DNA from: Phycisphaerales bacterium
GTDB lineage: Bacteria > Planctomycetota > Phycisphaerae > Phycisphaerales > SM1A02
Reading direction: 5' to 3'
Length of the DNA stretch: 26,712 bases
NCBI GenBank assembly: GCA_007135295.1
Contig: SLJD01000366.1
Coordinates: 1 to 26,712 of the forward strand
The notes under the pieces: model-generated
Told to the model about the DNA's origin: nothing
What the model saw: only the letters and a program-made list of their open reading frames with translations
Databases searched by the model: none
Position numbers and translations under genes: made by a program
Part shown: piece after piece, positions 1 through 7,728 of the stretch
How positions within the stretch are numbered: the first letter of the stretch is position 1
Layout of the letters: each line of letters begins with the position of its first letter

Positions 1-309
1 ACGCTACCATTGACCGGTACGGTCGGCTGCCACGAATGGATGGTCGACGGTGTTTTCTCCTGATATCCACCAGCGGCGGATTCAGCACAATCCCACAGTA
101 CTGACAACGTCCGGAAACGTTTGTTCACGATGTTCCGGACTTCTCGGGCAAGGCGTATTACCGGTCGCGGAGAGCGTGAAGGCAGGCAAGGCAGTGCGGG
201 AAAGTGCCCGCCGCGCCTCCCGGATTCAGGCGTTTGCGGGGAAAACCGTGATCCGCGGGGGAGACGCGCCGATCTGGCCGATGGAAGGTGAAGGTGATTC
301 AGCGATCTG

Positions 310-1815
310 ATGTCTGATGTCCGATCACAACACGCCCCGCCGGATTCCCGCGAGGACGAGGCCCCAGTCGATGACGGGGCGGCGTCGCCGAGTGCGGAAC
401 CATCCGACGGCGCAACCCCCCCGGCTGATGACGGCGGGGAAGGTTCCGGACGTACGCCCCCGGCGGAGGCGGATGGGCAGGATGGTCCCCGCGACGAAGC
501 GGGCGAAGGACCGGCGCCTGACGAGCCGGCGCAGGGATACCTCGATGACATCGCCGCGCTCGTCAACGATCTGAACGCCGAGGACTTCACCGACGACGGC
601 GGGGGGGACGATGACCTCGACGAACAGGCGATCAACGACATGCTCGCCGCCGTCGAACAGCTCGAAGCCGAAGGGAAGCAATCAGTCGAGGCGGCTGGGG
701 ATGATGACCATACCGCCGCTGCGCCCGAGAAAGATGCGGTCCCGCCGGCCGAGGCAAGCGGACCCGTTGATGACGCTCGGCCCGGTGATCCATCTGCTGA
801 AGCGCCGGATGTTCAGACGGCTCCTGATCCACCGGCCGAACAGGCACGCGTGGAAGAGAGCGCCGCCGGCCGATCGGCGCCTGATGCCCAACCGACCAGC
901 CCGTCGCCGCCGGCGGCAGATTCCGGCCGTGATCCGACGCTTGCGGAGATTGACGCCGCCCTGGCCGACGACATCGACGGCCTCATGCCGGATGATGCAG
1001 ATTCGATCGACGCGATGCTCGATGCACTTTTCGAATCATCGGCTGCGATCGTCGAGCAGGGCGAAGGCGGCAGCACGACGGTTCGCAACACGATGTTTGA
1101 ATCGTCAGACGATGCGTCGGCTGATGAAGCGTCCCCGCCGGGCAAGGGCGAACCCGTCGGCGATCCGGCGCCACCTGCCCCGTCGGCCCGCGATGCATTG
1201 ACCCCTGACACAGTGAGCCCTGACGAACCGGTAGCCCCCGGTCAGCCGGACGGTGCTGACTTGTCCCCGCCCCCGGCCGAGCCCGGCACCGCCGGGCAGC
1301 CGGGCTCCGTTTCGTCGGCGGGAGGTGGCGTGGTGGCCGGCGTCGATGGCGGGGACGCCGCCGAGCAGGCCGCGCCGGCCGAGGCTGTTGCTGGTTCCGA
1401 ACTCGCATCCGACCCCGCCGATCTGGCGACGGTGACCGCAGCGGCTGACCCGCCCCCGATGCCGACCGGCGATGCGCCGGATGGCATTCCGTCTGCGGAA
1501 GACTTCGAGCAGGGCGGGGTGTTTGATCTGTCGGCCGGGGACATGGGTGACGATGAACTGGTCGAGAACGCCGCTTCGGGTGCGGCTGCTGACGGCACAC
1601 CGGACCTGCAGAAAATCTGGCAGAGGAAGGTGCGGCCAATTGTCCAGCCGATTGCATCACAGTCCGTTCAGGCGGTGCGGGCGCTGTTAAAGCTCAGTGC
1701 GTTGCCGCTGGCTGCCGCCCCGCCGAAGGTTCGCGCCGTCGTGAGCTGGATCGCCCTGACGCTGGTCTTCTGGGTCCCGCTCGTCTGGGTGTTCGCGCTG
1801 TTCTTCGTGGGCTGA
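310..1815 (+). CDS. Hypothetical 501-aa acidic, Pro/Ala-rich, probably disordered protein with a single C-terminal transmembrane anchor
   Basis: Long ORF with a purine-rich GAAGGTGA tract upstream. The body is D/E/A/P/G low-complexity, followed by a basic segment (KIWQRKVRP...PKVRA) and a hydrophobic terminus VVSWIALTLVFWVPLVWVFALFFVG. No recognised domain. Confidence 0.8.
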   Translation: MSDVRSQHAPPDSREDEAPVDDGAASPSAEPSDGATPPADDGGEGSGRTPPAEADGQDGPRDEAGEGPAPDEPAQGYLDDIAALVNDLNAEDFTDDGGGDDDLDEQAINDMLAAVEQLEAEGKQSVEAAGDDDHTAAAPEKDAVPPAEASGPVDDARPGDPSAEAPDVQTAPDPPAEQARVEESAAGRSAPDAQPTSPSPPAADSGRDPTLAEIDAALADDIDGLMPDDADSIDAMLDALFESSAAIVEQGEGGSTTVRNTMFESSDDASADEASPPGKGEPVGDPAPPAPSARDALTPDTVSPDEPVAPGQPDGADLSPPPAEPGTAGQPGSVSSAGGGVVAGVDGGDAAEQAAPAEAVAGSELASDPADLATVTAAADPPPMPTGDAPDGIPSAEDFEQGGVFDLSAGDMGDDELVENAASGAAADGTPDLQKIWQRKVRPIVQPIASQSVQAVRALLKLSALPLAAAPPKVRAVVSWIALTLVFWVPLVWVFALFFVG

Positions 1816-1870
1816 GAAGCGGGCGTCACGCGGAACTCCATGCACAGCAGGCGGATGCGCTGCGCCGGAA

Positions 1871-1879
1871 TGCTATCAT
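1871..1879 (+). promoter_or_regulatory. Putative extended -10 promoter (TG-c-TATCAT) for a leaderless trmB mRNA
   Basis: TG at 1871-1872 and TATCAT at 1874-1879, then 6 nt, then ATG at 1886. No Shine-Dalgarno sequence. Confidence 0.6.
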
Positions 1880-1885
1880 CGGCGC

Positions 1886-2572
1886 ATGAGCTTTGGATTG
1901 TCACGCGGCCGTGAACTGATTACCGAGGGATTCGGCATCGAGGCGGCGGACCTGCCCCCCGTTGAACAGGGACGCATTGATCCGCGCCACTGGTTCGACC
2001 GGCCGCAGCAGCGGTTCGAGATCGAGATCGGCTCGGGCAAGGGGACGTTTCTCGTCCAGCAGGCGCCGCTCCAGCCGAACGTGAATTATCTCGGCATTGA
2101 ATGGGCCGGTGAGTTCTACCGCTACGCTGCCGACCGCATGCGACGGCGCGGCCTGGCGAACGTACGCATGCTTCGGGCCGATGCGACGGAGTTCTTGCAG
2201 TACTGGTGCGAAAGCAGCGTCGCCGCGGTGATTCACCTCTACTTCTCCGACCCGTGGCCGAAAAAGAGGCACCACAAGCGCCGCGTCGTGCAGGATCACA
2301 CGCTCGAAGTCTTTCACCGCGTGCTCCAGCCGGGTGGGGAGCTGCGCCTCGTCACCGACCATGACGACCTCTGGGCGTGGTACGAGGACCACGCAGCGCG
2401 GCACACGCAACTGTTCGAACGCGTCGAATTCGATCGGCCGTCATCGGCCGGGTCGAGCGAGGTGGTCGGCACGAACTTTGAGCGCAAGTTCCGCGAAGAA
2501 GGCCGCGCGTTTCACGCCATGACTCTGATCCGCCGTGAGACGGCGCAGCAGAACGAAACGGCAACAGCATGA
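1886..2572 (+). CDS. trmB: tRNA (guanine-N7)-methyltransferase
   Basis: EIGSGKG SAM-binding motif, GIE, FSDPWPKKRHHKRR, LVTD and TNFERKF motifs characteristic of TrmB. Confidence 0.95.
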   Translation: MSFGLSRGRELITEGFGIEAADLPPVEQGRIDPRHWFDRPQQRFEIEIGSGKGTFLVQQAPLQPNVNYLGIEWAGEFYRYAADRMRRRGLANVRMLRADATEFLQYWCESSVAAVIHLYFSDPWPKKRHHKRRVVQDHTLEVFHRVLQPGGELRLVTDHDDLWAWYEDHAARHTQLFERVEFDRPSSAGSSEVVGTNFERKFREEGRAFHAMTLIRRETAQQNETATA

Positions 2573-2605
2573 CCGCGTGCGGCGTGTTGGCACACCATCG
2601 GCGTA

Positions 2606-3514
2606 TTACGTCGGCTGCGGACCGAACAGCGGCGAGTCCTCGACCTCGCCGGCCGCTTCACGCATCGACAGGATCTCACCCACGGCCGAGCGGAATTGCC
2701 CGATCAGGATGAGGTACATCACCGTCGCCACAAGTGGTCCGACCAGCACGCACATGCCGAGAATGTAGATGACCGGCAGCAGCCAGAGGTATTGGCCCGC
2801 CCGGTAGTGCAGCGTCTGATCGGGGATCCTCCGGGCCATCCTCCGCAGGAAAACAAGGGAAACGAAAAACAGCGCGATGCTCACCAGGCCGCTCGTCATG
2901 CCGACCGCCATCTCCGAAACGGACAGCACGACGTTGTGAACGAAGACCTTCGCGATGATCAGGCCGAACGTGACCGCCGACAGCCCCAGTATGACTGCGA
3001 CAAGCACCCGGATGGCTGTCTTCAGTGACGCGGTGCGATCCGGTCCCGCCGCGCGGGATGGCTCCGTTCCGGTCAACTTCCACCACCCGGCGGTCAGCAT
3101 GATCGTTGCCGGAAGGGTAAGCACGAGAAACACGGCGAGCATGAAGATCGCTTCAATCTGCGGATCGATCGGGCTGGCCCACGGGGATGGCGGCTGGTGG
3201 GGTTGCGGCGACGGGGCCGGGGCGAGGGTCATCAGCGTGAAGATGGCGATCGGGGTCCCCACGGAACCGATCAGTATCAAAATGTTGCTCACAACGACGA
3301 GCAGTGCTCCCAGCCGCAGCGCCCGCAGAAATGACAGTGGGCTGTACCAGAGCATCCCGCCGTGCAACGTCTGTGCAATCTCCGTCCCGCACTCCGGGCA
3401 CGTGCCGTCCATCGGCAGGCCGTGCAGGTCATAGTCGCACGACACGCATTTCGTGTGCGAGCCAACCGGCTGGCCGGATTCGATGGGCGGTAGACGCTTT
3501 GAGACGGGGTCCAT
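2606..3514 (-). CDS. Multi-pass membrane protein with N-terminal C4 zinc ribbon
   Basis: CVSC-DYDLHGLPMDGT-CPECG (C-x2-C-x12-C-x2-C), followed by about 5-6 hydrophobic segments and a Pro-rich loop. 302 aa. Confidence 0.85.
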   Translation of the reverse strand: MDPVSKRLPPIESGQPVGSHTKCVSCDYDLHGLPMDGTCPECGTEIAQTLHGGMLWYSPLSFLRALRLGALLVVVSNILILIGSVGTPIAIFTLMTLAPAPSPQPHQPPSPWASPIDPQIEAIFMLAVFLVLTLPATIMLTAGWWKLTGTEPSRAAGPDRTASLKTAIRVLVAVILGLSAVTFGLIIAKVFVHNVVLSVSEMAVGMTSGLVSIALFFVSLVFLRRMARRIPDQTLHYRAGQYLWLLPVIYILGMCVLVGPLVATVMYLILIGQFRSAVGEILSMREAAGEVEDSPLFGPQPT

Positions 3515-3520
3515 CGCTCC

Positions 3521-3526
3521 AGCGTA
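3521..3526 (-). promoter_or_regulatory. Putative -10 (TACGCT) for a leaderless mRNA of the zinc-ribbon membrane protein
   Basis: The minus strand reads TACGCT-GGAGCG-ATG, with the ATG at 3514. Confidence 0.5.
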
Positions 3527-3569
3527 TCAAAAGCGGCGGTCCGGTTCGACGGAGATTCGGCGGCCGGTT

Positions 3570-3575
3570 TACGAT
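3570..3575 (+). promoter_or_regulatory. Putative -10 (TACGAT) for a leaderless zinc-finger/histidine kinase transcript
   Basis: TACGAT-TCCAGC-ATG, with the ATG at 3582. Confidence 0.55.
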
Positions 3576-3581
3576 TCCAGC

Positions 3582-3938
3582 ATGCGCAGACCCGGAACCG
3601 ACGAGAACAACGTGCAGATGACCGACGTCCTCTGTGACTTCTGCCGAACCCAATGGTCAGAGGACAAGCCCATGATCGAGGGCCATCAGGGCAGTTGCAT
3701 CTGCGGCAACTGCCTGCGCATCGCCTTTATTGACGTGCTCATCAACAAGCACGACACCGGTCCGGACGGATACAAGTGCACCATGTGCCTCGAACACCGC
3801 GACGACCCGGCATGGCTCAGCCCGATGTATGATGATGCCGTGATCTGTCGGCGGTGCATCAAACTCGGGTCCGGCGCGCTGCACAAAGACAAGCAGTTCG
3901 ACTGGCAGAAACCCGCCGGAGCCGACGAGGACGGATAA
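3582..3938 (+). CDS. Stand-alone protein with two tandem ClpX C4-type zinc fingers (118 aa)
   Basis: CDFC-x19-CGNC and CTMC-x19-CRRC, similar to the ClpX zinc-binding domain (CSFC...LIAG...ICDEC). No AAA+ domain. Start 3582 was chosen over 3453, which would overlap the divergent gene. Confidence 0.8.
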   Translation: MRRPGTDENNVQMTDVLCDFCRTQWSEDKPMIEGHQGSCICGNCLRIAFIDVLINKHDTGPDGYKCTMCLEHRDDPAWLSPMYDDAVICRRCIKLGSGALHKDKQFDWQKPAGADEDG

Positions 3939-3943
3939 ACGCC

Positions 3944-5623
3944 ATGGCGGTCGGCATCAGTCTTGCCAACAAGTGCCAGCTCCTGTTCGGCTGCGCCGTG
4001 CTCCTGATTCTCGCCGCCGCGCTCAGCGTGCCGTGGTTCCGCACGCCGATGATCGTCCACGAAAGCCAGATGGAAGCGGCCCGGGAACTCGCCGACGCGT
4101 GGCTGTCGGACATGTTCCGGCTCGGCGCGTTCGACGAGACCGACCCGATCGTGCTTGACGAGGATGCCGAACAGGTTCTCACCCCCGGCCTGCGGATGCA
4201 GTTCATCACGTATGACGAATACGCTGCCGGACTCACCCCGGGCTCCGTTGAACGGGACGAGGACGATGAGACCGATGAGCCGGCGGTCGACGCCTTCATC
4301 AGTCGCGCCTTCGATCAGTTTCAGGCCGACCCCGCCCGCCGTGAGCACTTCGCGTCCACGCAGGCCGATGGGGCGGTCGTCTACCGGTATGCCCGCGCCA
4401 TCCGCCAGGAGCAGTTCGAGGCCATCAGCGACCAGTTGCCGGTCGATATTCCCGATACGCCCGCCGCCGACCATCCGGATTCGGCTAATCCGCTTCGCGC
4501 GGTGCTGGTCGTCGACCGCAGCGATACCTTCGCCCAGGGCCAGCTTCTTCGGAACCGGATGTACATCATCGCAGCGGGACTCGCCGCAGGGCTGGTGGCG
4601 GTGCTCGTGTTCTACTTCATTCTGACGAAGCTGATCCTCTCGCCGGTTCGCTCGCTCCGGGACACCGTGGGCAAGGTTCAGCAGGGCGATCTCGCCATCC
4701 GCTCGGAGATCCGCACCGGCGATGAGTTCGAGCAGCTTTCCGAAGCATTCAACGCCATGCTTGATCAGGTGGAGCAGAGCCAGTCCAAGCTCCGGTCGAT
4801 CAATGAATCGCTCGACCTGAAGCTCAACGAGTTGTCGGAAGCAAACGTCGGGCTGTACGAATCAAACCGGCTGAAGAGCGAGTTTCTCGCCAACGTCAGC
4901 CATGAACTGCGCACGCCGCTGAACTCGATCATCGGCTTCGCAGAACTGCTGCACGAGATGGCCCAGTCCGACCCCGAGGCCGACCCGAAACGCCAGCGGT
5001 ATCTGGCGAACATCCTCTCCAGCGGCCGCTCGTTGCAGGAGATGATTCAGGAACTGCTGCAGATGGCCCGAATCGAAGCCGGCCGGGTCGAGGTCAACGT
5101 TGAACCGACGAGCATCGCGGACATCGTCGAGGGGCTCGTCGCGATCATGAAGCCGCAGGCCGAGACCAAGCAGGTTGAACTGCGGTCACAGGTCGCCCAG
5201 AACCTGCCGCTCGTCGAGACCGACCCGGGCAAACTCCAGCAGATCCTCTACAACTTCATGTCCAACGCGATCAAGTTCACGCCGGAGCACGGCACGGTCA
5301 CCATCTCCGCCGATCGCGTCAAGCGGCAGGACAACTCGGTCGGCGTGCGGCTCGGGGTCTCGGACACCGGCCCGGGCATCCCGTATGACATGCAGGAGAC
5401 GATCTTCGAGAAGTTCCGGCAGATCGACGCGTCTCACACGCGCGAGCATTCCGGCACGGGCCTCGGGCTGGCGATCTGCCGGGAACTGGCCGAACTGCTC
5501 GGCGCGACGGTCTCGCTCGTCTCCGAGCCGGGCCGCGGGGCGACGTTCTTTGTCGACCTGCCGCTTATGCATCAGACGGATCAGGCCCGGCCGCTCATGG
5601 AACACGCCCGCAGCGAGCAGTGA
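3944..5623 (+). CDS. Membrane sensor histidine kinase (TM - extracytoplasmic domain - TM - HAMP - HisKA - HATPase), 559 aa
   Basis: Two TM segments; HAMP (SPVRSL...GDEFEQLSEAFNAM); H-box FLANVSHELRTPL; N-box NFMSNAIKFT; G1 DTGPGI; F IFEKFRQ; G2 GTGLGLAI. No receiver domain. Confidence 0.95.
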   Translation: MAVGISLANKCQLLFGCAVLLILAAALSVPWFRTPMIVHESQMEAARELADAWLSDMFRLGAFDETDPIVLDEDAEQVLTPGLRMQFITYDEYAAGLTPGSVERDEDDETDEPAVDAFISRAFDQFQADPARREHFASTQADGAVVYRYARAIRQEQFEAISDQLPVDIPDTPAADHPDSANPLRAVLVVDRSDTFAQGQLLRNRMYIIAAGLAAGLVAVLVFYFILTKLILSPVRSLRDTVGKVQQGDLAIRSEIRTGDEFEQLSEAFNAMLDQVEQSQSKLRSINESLDLKLNELSEANVGLYESNRLKSEFLANVSHELRTPLNSIIGFAELLHEMAQSDPEADPKRQRYLANILSSGRSLQEMIQELLQMARIEAGRVEVNVEPTSIADIVEGLVAIMKPQAETKQVELRSQVAQNLPLVETDPGKLQQILYNFMSNAIKFTPEHGTVTISADRVKRQDNSVGVRLGVSDTGPGIPYDMQETIFEKFRQIDASHTREHSGTGLGLAICRELAELLGATVSLVSEPGRGATFFVDLPLMHQTDQARPLMEHARSEQ

Positions 5624-5655
5624 CCCCCCGCGCTGGCTCCCCCCGCGCTGACTCC
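5624..5655. repeat. Short two-copy tandem repeat between convergent genes
   Basis: CCCCCCGCGCTGGCTCC followed by an overlapping CCCCCCGCGCTGACTCC (15-bp period), adjoining a small GCTGAC...GTCAGC inverted repeat. Confidence 0.5.
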
Positions 5656-5663
5656 GCGCCGCG

Positions 5664-7154
5664 TCAGCCCAGCCACATGAATGCCATCGGGCCAAGTGCA
5701 TGCGCCGCTTCCGCCGCCGACTCCGCTGACTCGGCCGCTTCATCCGGAGCGACCCCGACAAGGTCGAACACGCCGATCAGCCACGTCGCGATGCCGAAGT
5801 AGATCAGCAGGCCGGCGATGTCGGCAACGGTGGTGATCAGCGGGCTGCTCGCCGTGGCGGGGTCGAGTCTGAGCCGGGTGAGCACGAACGGCGTGAGCGT
5901 GCCGATGAGGTTCGAGACAATGACGATGCAGATCATCGCCAGTCCGACGATGACGCCGATCTCCCATCCGCCGCGGAACCAGCCGAGGGCCGCGCTGGCC
6001 AGGCCCATCGCCGTGCCGAGCAACGCGCCGACAAACATCTCCTTGCCGATCGTTGCCAGCCACTGTTTAAGGTGGACGTCGCCGGTTGCAATCGCCCGGA
6101 CCATGATCGTCGCTGACTGCGAGCCCGCGTTGCCGCCGCTGTCGATCAGCAGCGGGATAAAGAACGCCAGCACAATCATCGCTTCGAGCGTTTCTTCGTA
6201 CCGGCCAATCACGCCCGATGAGACGATCGCCACGCCGACGAGCAGCACGAGCCAGCCGACCCGCTTGCGCACAAGGGCCGCGATGCTGGTGTCCGTGTAG
6301 CTCATGTCCAGCGGGGCGAGCGCGCCGGTTTTATGAATGTCTTCGGTTGTCTCCTCGACCGCCACGTCCGCCACGTCGTCGAACGTGACGATGCCGACCA
6401 TGATGTTGTCGCGATCGACGACCGGCAGGACGGAAAGGTCGTACCGTTCCATGACGCGGACGGCTTCCTCGCGGTCGTCGCGGGCGTTGAGGGCGACCAC
6501 ATTGCTGTCCATCAGTGACTCGATCGTCGCATCCGGCGAAGCCAGCAGTACCGACCGGATGCGGATTTCGTCAAGCAGTCGCTGCTGGTCATCGAGCACG
6601 TACAGCACGTGCAGGGACTCGGCGTCATCGCCGTGCGACCGGATGTATTCCAGCGTCTGCTGCACCGACCAGTCCGGCTGGACGGAGAGGTAGTGCGGCG
6701 TCATGAGCCGGCCGACGCTCTCCGCCGGGTAGCCGAGAATCACCTGCGTGCTGCGCCGCTCTTCCGGCCGCATCATCGACAGGAGTTGCTTGACCAGTTG
6801 GCCGGGCATCTCATCGAACAGCTCCGCCCGGTCGTCCGGCTCCATCTCGTTGAACATCTGGGCGAGCTGTTCGTTGGTCAGCTCTTCCTGAAGGGCCTGC
6901 TGCAGATCGTGCGGCAGGTTGGTGTACACCTCTGCCGAAAGTTCCCGCGGCAGCAGACGGAACGCGACCGCGCGATGGGCCGGATCAAGCTCGATGAGCA
7001 GGTCCGCAATTTCGGGCGGCAGCATCTCGACCAGTGAACGTCTGGCCTCGTGCGTTCGTTTCTGCTCCAGCATCGATGCGATTTCCTCGGCCAGCAGCAT
7101 GCTGACCATCGGGCGGTCGTTGCCGGTCTGTGGCTGGTCGTCGTTGGATGACAT
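5664..7154 (-). CDS. mgtE: Magnesium transporter MgtE (N-domain, CBS pair, TM domain), 496 aa
   Basis: MEPDDRAELF, ESVGRLMTP, GIVTFDDVAD, GGNAGSQ and SPLITTVADIAG motifs. A GAGGAG Shine-Dalgarno precedes the ATG at 7154; the ORF-track extension to 7403 looks non-coding. Confidence 0.95.
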   Translation of the reverse strand: MSSNDDQPQTGNDRPMVSMLLAEEIASMLEQKRTHEARRSLVEMLPPEIADLLIELDPAHRAVAFRLLPRELSAEVYTNLPHDLQQALQEELTNEQLAQMFNEMEPDDRAELFDEMPGQLVKQLLSMMRPEERRSTQVILGYPAESVGRLMTPHYLSVQPDWSVQQTLEYIRSHGDDAESLHVLYVLDDQQRLLDEIRIRSVLLASPDATIESLMDSNVVALNARDDREEAVRVMERYDLSVLPVVDRDNIMVGIVTFDDVADVAVEETTEDIHKTGALAPLDMSYTDTSIAALVRKRVGWLVLLVGVAIVSSGVIGRYEETLEAMIVLAFFIPLLIDSGGNAGSQSATIMVRAIATGDVHLKQWLATIGKEMFVGALLGTAMGLASAALGWFRGGWEIGVIVGLAMICIVIVSNLIGTLTPFVLTRLRLDPATASSPLITTVADIAGLLIYFGIATWLIGVFDLVGVAPDEAAESAESAAEAAHALGPMAFMWLG

Positions 7155-7296
7155 GAACGATCGCTCCTCAGAATCAGACGCAGGACGCACTTCAGGAAAT
7201 GCTGAGACACGGGCTGCTGCGTTGGCCCAATGGTTTTCGCGACCCGTCGCCAGGTGACGCAATTGCCGCAACCCGCGAACATGCCGCGTGCGGGCC

Positions 7297-7302
7297 ATCG
7301 TA
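7297..7302 (-). promoter_or_regulatory. Putative -10 (TACGAT) for mgtE, implying a ~135-nt 5' leader
   Basis: TAnnnT hexamer on the minus strand about 140 nt upstream of the mgtE ATG. No convincing -35. Confidence 0.35.
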
Positions 7303-7386
7303 GCCAACTTGTCAGCGTCCGGCAGCCCGGCCGGCCCGTGAAACCGCCGGTCGCCGAACGCGGATGAAGGCCGCTGACCGTTGGCG

Positions 7387-7392
7387 TACAAT
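7387..7392 (+). promoter_or_regulatory. Putative -10 (TACAAT) for the tRNA gene
   Basis: TACAAT ends 14 nt before the tRNA 5' end. Confidence 0.55.
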
Positions 7393-7406
7393 CGTCGCTG
7401 CACGCA

Positions 7407-7480
7407 GCGCTCGTAGCTCAGCAGGATAGAGCACCGGTTTCCTAAACCGGCGGTCGGTGGTTCGAATCCACCCGGGCGCG
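7407..7480 (+). tRNA. tRNA-Arg, anticodon CCT (reads AGG); CCA not encoded
   Basis: Acceptor stem GCGCTCG/CGGGCGC; D-arm GCTC...GAGC; anticodon arm CCGGT-TTCCTAA-ACCGG; T-arm GGTGG-TTCGAAT-CCACC; discriminator G. Confidence 0.97.
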
Positions 7481-7551
7481 TTCCCTTTTCTGAGTACGTT
7501 CACCAGTCGGAATGGGAAGTGGGGCCACTTCGGCGAGGCGAATCGTGACAC

Positions 7552-7576
7552 AAAAAACCCGCGCTCAAGCGCGGGT
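7552..7576 (-). terminator. Rho-independent terminator on the minus strand
   Basis: The minus strand reads ACCCGCGC-TTGA-GCGCGGGT-TTTTT: a perfect GC-rich stem with a U-tract. Confidence 0.85.
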
Positions 7577-7728
7577 GTGGAAGGGACATGCTTTGCCTGG
7601 CCGAGGCCCGGTCAGAAGTTCTCTTCGGCGACGGTCGGCCGGGAGAGCTTATCGCTGCACATGATCGCCCCGGGGCCGCCGCCATAGGCATCCTCGCACG
7701 GCTCGCCGTCGGGAAAAAGTCGTGCTTC
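7552..7728 (-). ncRNA. Candidate structured small RNA (~176 nt), family unassigned
   Basis: Extended -10-like TG-t-CATACT at 7743-7735, predicted start near 7728, an intrinsic terminator at the end, extensive self-complementarity by eye, and no convincing ORF with start and RBS. Confidence 0.4.

Noticed and set aside
123-135. GTTC direct repeat resembling an alphaproteobacterial LexA box
   Set aside because: The spacer is 5 nt rather than 7, and no SOS gene is adjacent.
1-309. ORF 50..310 and a possible minus-strand gene starting at ATG 10
   Set aside because: The 86-aa ORF has no recognisable features, and the minus-strand start leaves the window after three codons, so neither can be supported.
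1738-1815. C-terminal TM of the acidic protein as an exosortase sorting signal
   Set aside because: No PEP-like motif before the helix, no basic tail after it, and no N-terminal signal peptide.
5624-5668. Short tandem repeat as a CRISPR or REP element
   Set aside because: Only two adjacent copies, with no spacers, no cas genes and no further copies noticed in the window.
7155-7403. 83-aa N-terminal extension of MgtE in the ORF track
   Set aside because: It runs into the tRNA promoter region, has no MgtE-like sequence, and ATG 7154 has a clear GAGGAG.
7612-7629. GCC GAA GAG AAC TTC TGA (AEENF*) resembling the start of a tmRNA tag
   Set aside because: No hydrophobic ALAA-type ending, no tRNA-like 5'/3' ends, no T-loop and no CCA.
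7615-7728. 114-nt hairpin as SRP (4.5S) RNA
   Set aside because: It lacks the GNRA apical tetraloop and the CAGG/AGCA domain IV loop. Kept only as an unassigned sRNA candidate.
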